Origin: Chiloscyllium plagiosum
Lineage: Eukaryota
Assembly: GCF_004010195.1 (NCBI RefSeq)
Contig: NC_057711.1
Coordinates: 72,846,878 to 72,894,983 of the forward strand
DNA: 48,106 nucleotides
Direction: 5' to 3'
Positions 47,095-48,106 of this stretch are shown in pieces; position 1 is the stretch's first letter; each line of letters starts with the position of its first letter. Under the pieces are notes generated by a model, which had not been told where the DNA came from, did not search any database, and saw nothing but the letters and a program-made list of their open reading frames with translations. A program made the position numbers and the translations under genes.

Positions 47095-47400
47095 GTAGCG
47101 TCGGCCCCCGTCCCAGGAGCCGACCCCCGTATCTGGGTTTCCGCATCGCTAGGGGGCCGCCGATGCAAGATTTTGATTGATACGGGGGCGTCGGTCTCCC
47201 TCACCGACCTCGACCTTCCCTCAACCCGCCACTCCATTTCCATTAAAGGGGTTGGGGGGAGCTCGGTTATTCCACGCCGAAGCGAGGCTGTCCTCTTAGA
47301 GGTAGACAACATTTTACTCCCCGTACATTTCTGGGTTTGCCCAAACTCGGAGTGGACCTCCTGGGCGAGCTGGGGGCGGTGGTGGATGCGTTCCACCATC
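47095..47400 (+). pseudogene. pro: Retroviral aspartic protease, frameshifted near 47346
   Basis: Frame 1 VASAPVPGADPRIWVSASLGGRRCKILIDTGASVSLT...IKGVGG...FWVCP, then frame 3 LGVDLLGELGAVVD (the GxDLL motif). Confidence 0.9.
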
Positions 47401-48106
47401 GCCTCCTGTGGACATCCCGCGATCTTCACAAGAGCTCCCACGAGGGGAGATGGGTGCCCACTAAATCCGTCGCTACACTTGCACCCAGTGTGCCCGTCGC
47501 CCGGGACTTGGCCAAGGACGGTGCCTTCGGAGCCGTCTGCCAACTAGTCCCGGAGGTGTGGGCCACAAGCAAGCAGGACTGCGGCCTCGTCCGTTCTCCT
47601 CCTGAGCGGATACCCGGGCACGTACATGCCCCGCACCGACAATACCCGATTAAACCTGAGGCGCTGCGCGCCACTGAGGCAATCGTTGCCGAACTCACCC
47701 AACATGGCGTCCTGCGCCCGACAGTGTCCACCACCAACTCCCCTATATGGCCAGTCCGGAAGCCAGATGGCAGCTACAGGCTCACCATCGACTACACGGC
47801 ACTCAATAGGGTCACCCCCAAAGAACACCCTATCGTAGCCAGCCCGACCACCATCTTCAACGGCCTCGAACCCTCACATCGGATATTTATGGTCCTGGAC
47901 GTGGCAAATGACTTTTGGTCCATCCCCCTGCACCGTGACTCACAGGACAAGTTCGCCTTCACGCTGCGGGACAGACAGTGTATATGGACCCGCCTGCCAC
48001 AGGGCTTCCACAATAGCCCTAACATTTTCCACAGGGTCATGAGCCGGACCCTGGAGGGGTGCGACCTCTCCCCCTTCCCGAGCACCCTCCTACAATATGT
48101 AGACGA
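47346..48106 (+). CDS. pol: pol reverse transcriptase, open in frame 3 to the window end (partial; absent from the ORF track)
   Basis: Manual translation: VPEVWATSKQDCG...QYPIKPEA...NSPIWPVRKPDGSYRLTIDYTALNRVTP...VLDVANDFWSIPLHRDSQDKFAFT...WTRLPQGFHNSPNIFHR...LLQYVD(D); no stops. Confidence 0.95.

Larger units (their letters stand above)
44204..48106 (+). mobile_element. Endogenous retrovirus, 5' half (LTR-PBS-leader-gag-pro-RT), truncated by the window end
   Basis: Canonical order of LTR, PBS, gag, protease and RT motifs; GC- and CpG-rich relative to the host DNA. Confidence 0.95.

Noticed and set aside
46870..47098. Programmed -1 frameshift from gag (frame 2) into pro (frame 1)
   Set aside because: Frame 1 has a TGA at 47092 just before the frame-2 stop, so an upstream -1 shift would still meet that stop, and I see no canonical slippery heptamer at the junction. 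Read-through plus a mutational frameshift fits better.
46154..48085. Antisense ORFs over gag-pol (e.g. 46154-46675, 47043-47543)
   Set aside because: Expected shadows of GC-rich coding sequence, with no recognisable motifs.

Overview
Repeat-dense vertebrate genomic DNA, almost certainly from a cartilaginous fish (shark), judging by HE1-type SINEs, CR1/HER1-type LINEs and shark-type Penelope ends. It is not prokaryotic, and nearly all ORFs in the track are artefacts. From left to right: (1) a ~6.3-kb 21-bp minisatellite with captured Penelope-like fragments; (2) a CpG-rich segment ending in a perfect splice donor; (3) ~33 kb of nested CR1 LINEs, SINEs, Penelope-like ends carrying minimal hammerhead ribozymes, Harbinger and Gypsy fossils and solo LTRs; (4) a probable terminal coding exon of an unidentified minus-strand host gene (39468-39686); (5) the 5' half of a GC-rich endogenous retrovirus (44204 to the window end). 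The provirus has an LTR, a tRNA-Pro-like PBS, a long leader and a gag with a myristoylation-type start, PSAP late motif, MHR and one CCHC knuckle. These are followed by an apparent TGA read-through junction with a downstream stem/pseudoknot, a protease, and an RT with class-III/spuma/SnRV/loki-like motifs that is cut off at YVD(D). The provirus is the most interesting object. Family names come from my recollection of motifs, not from database searches.
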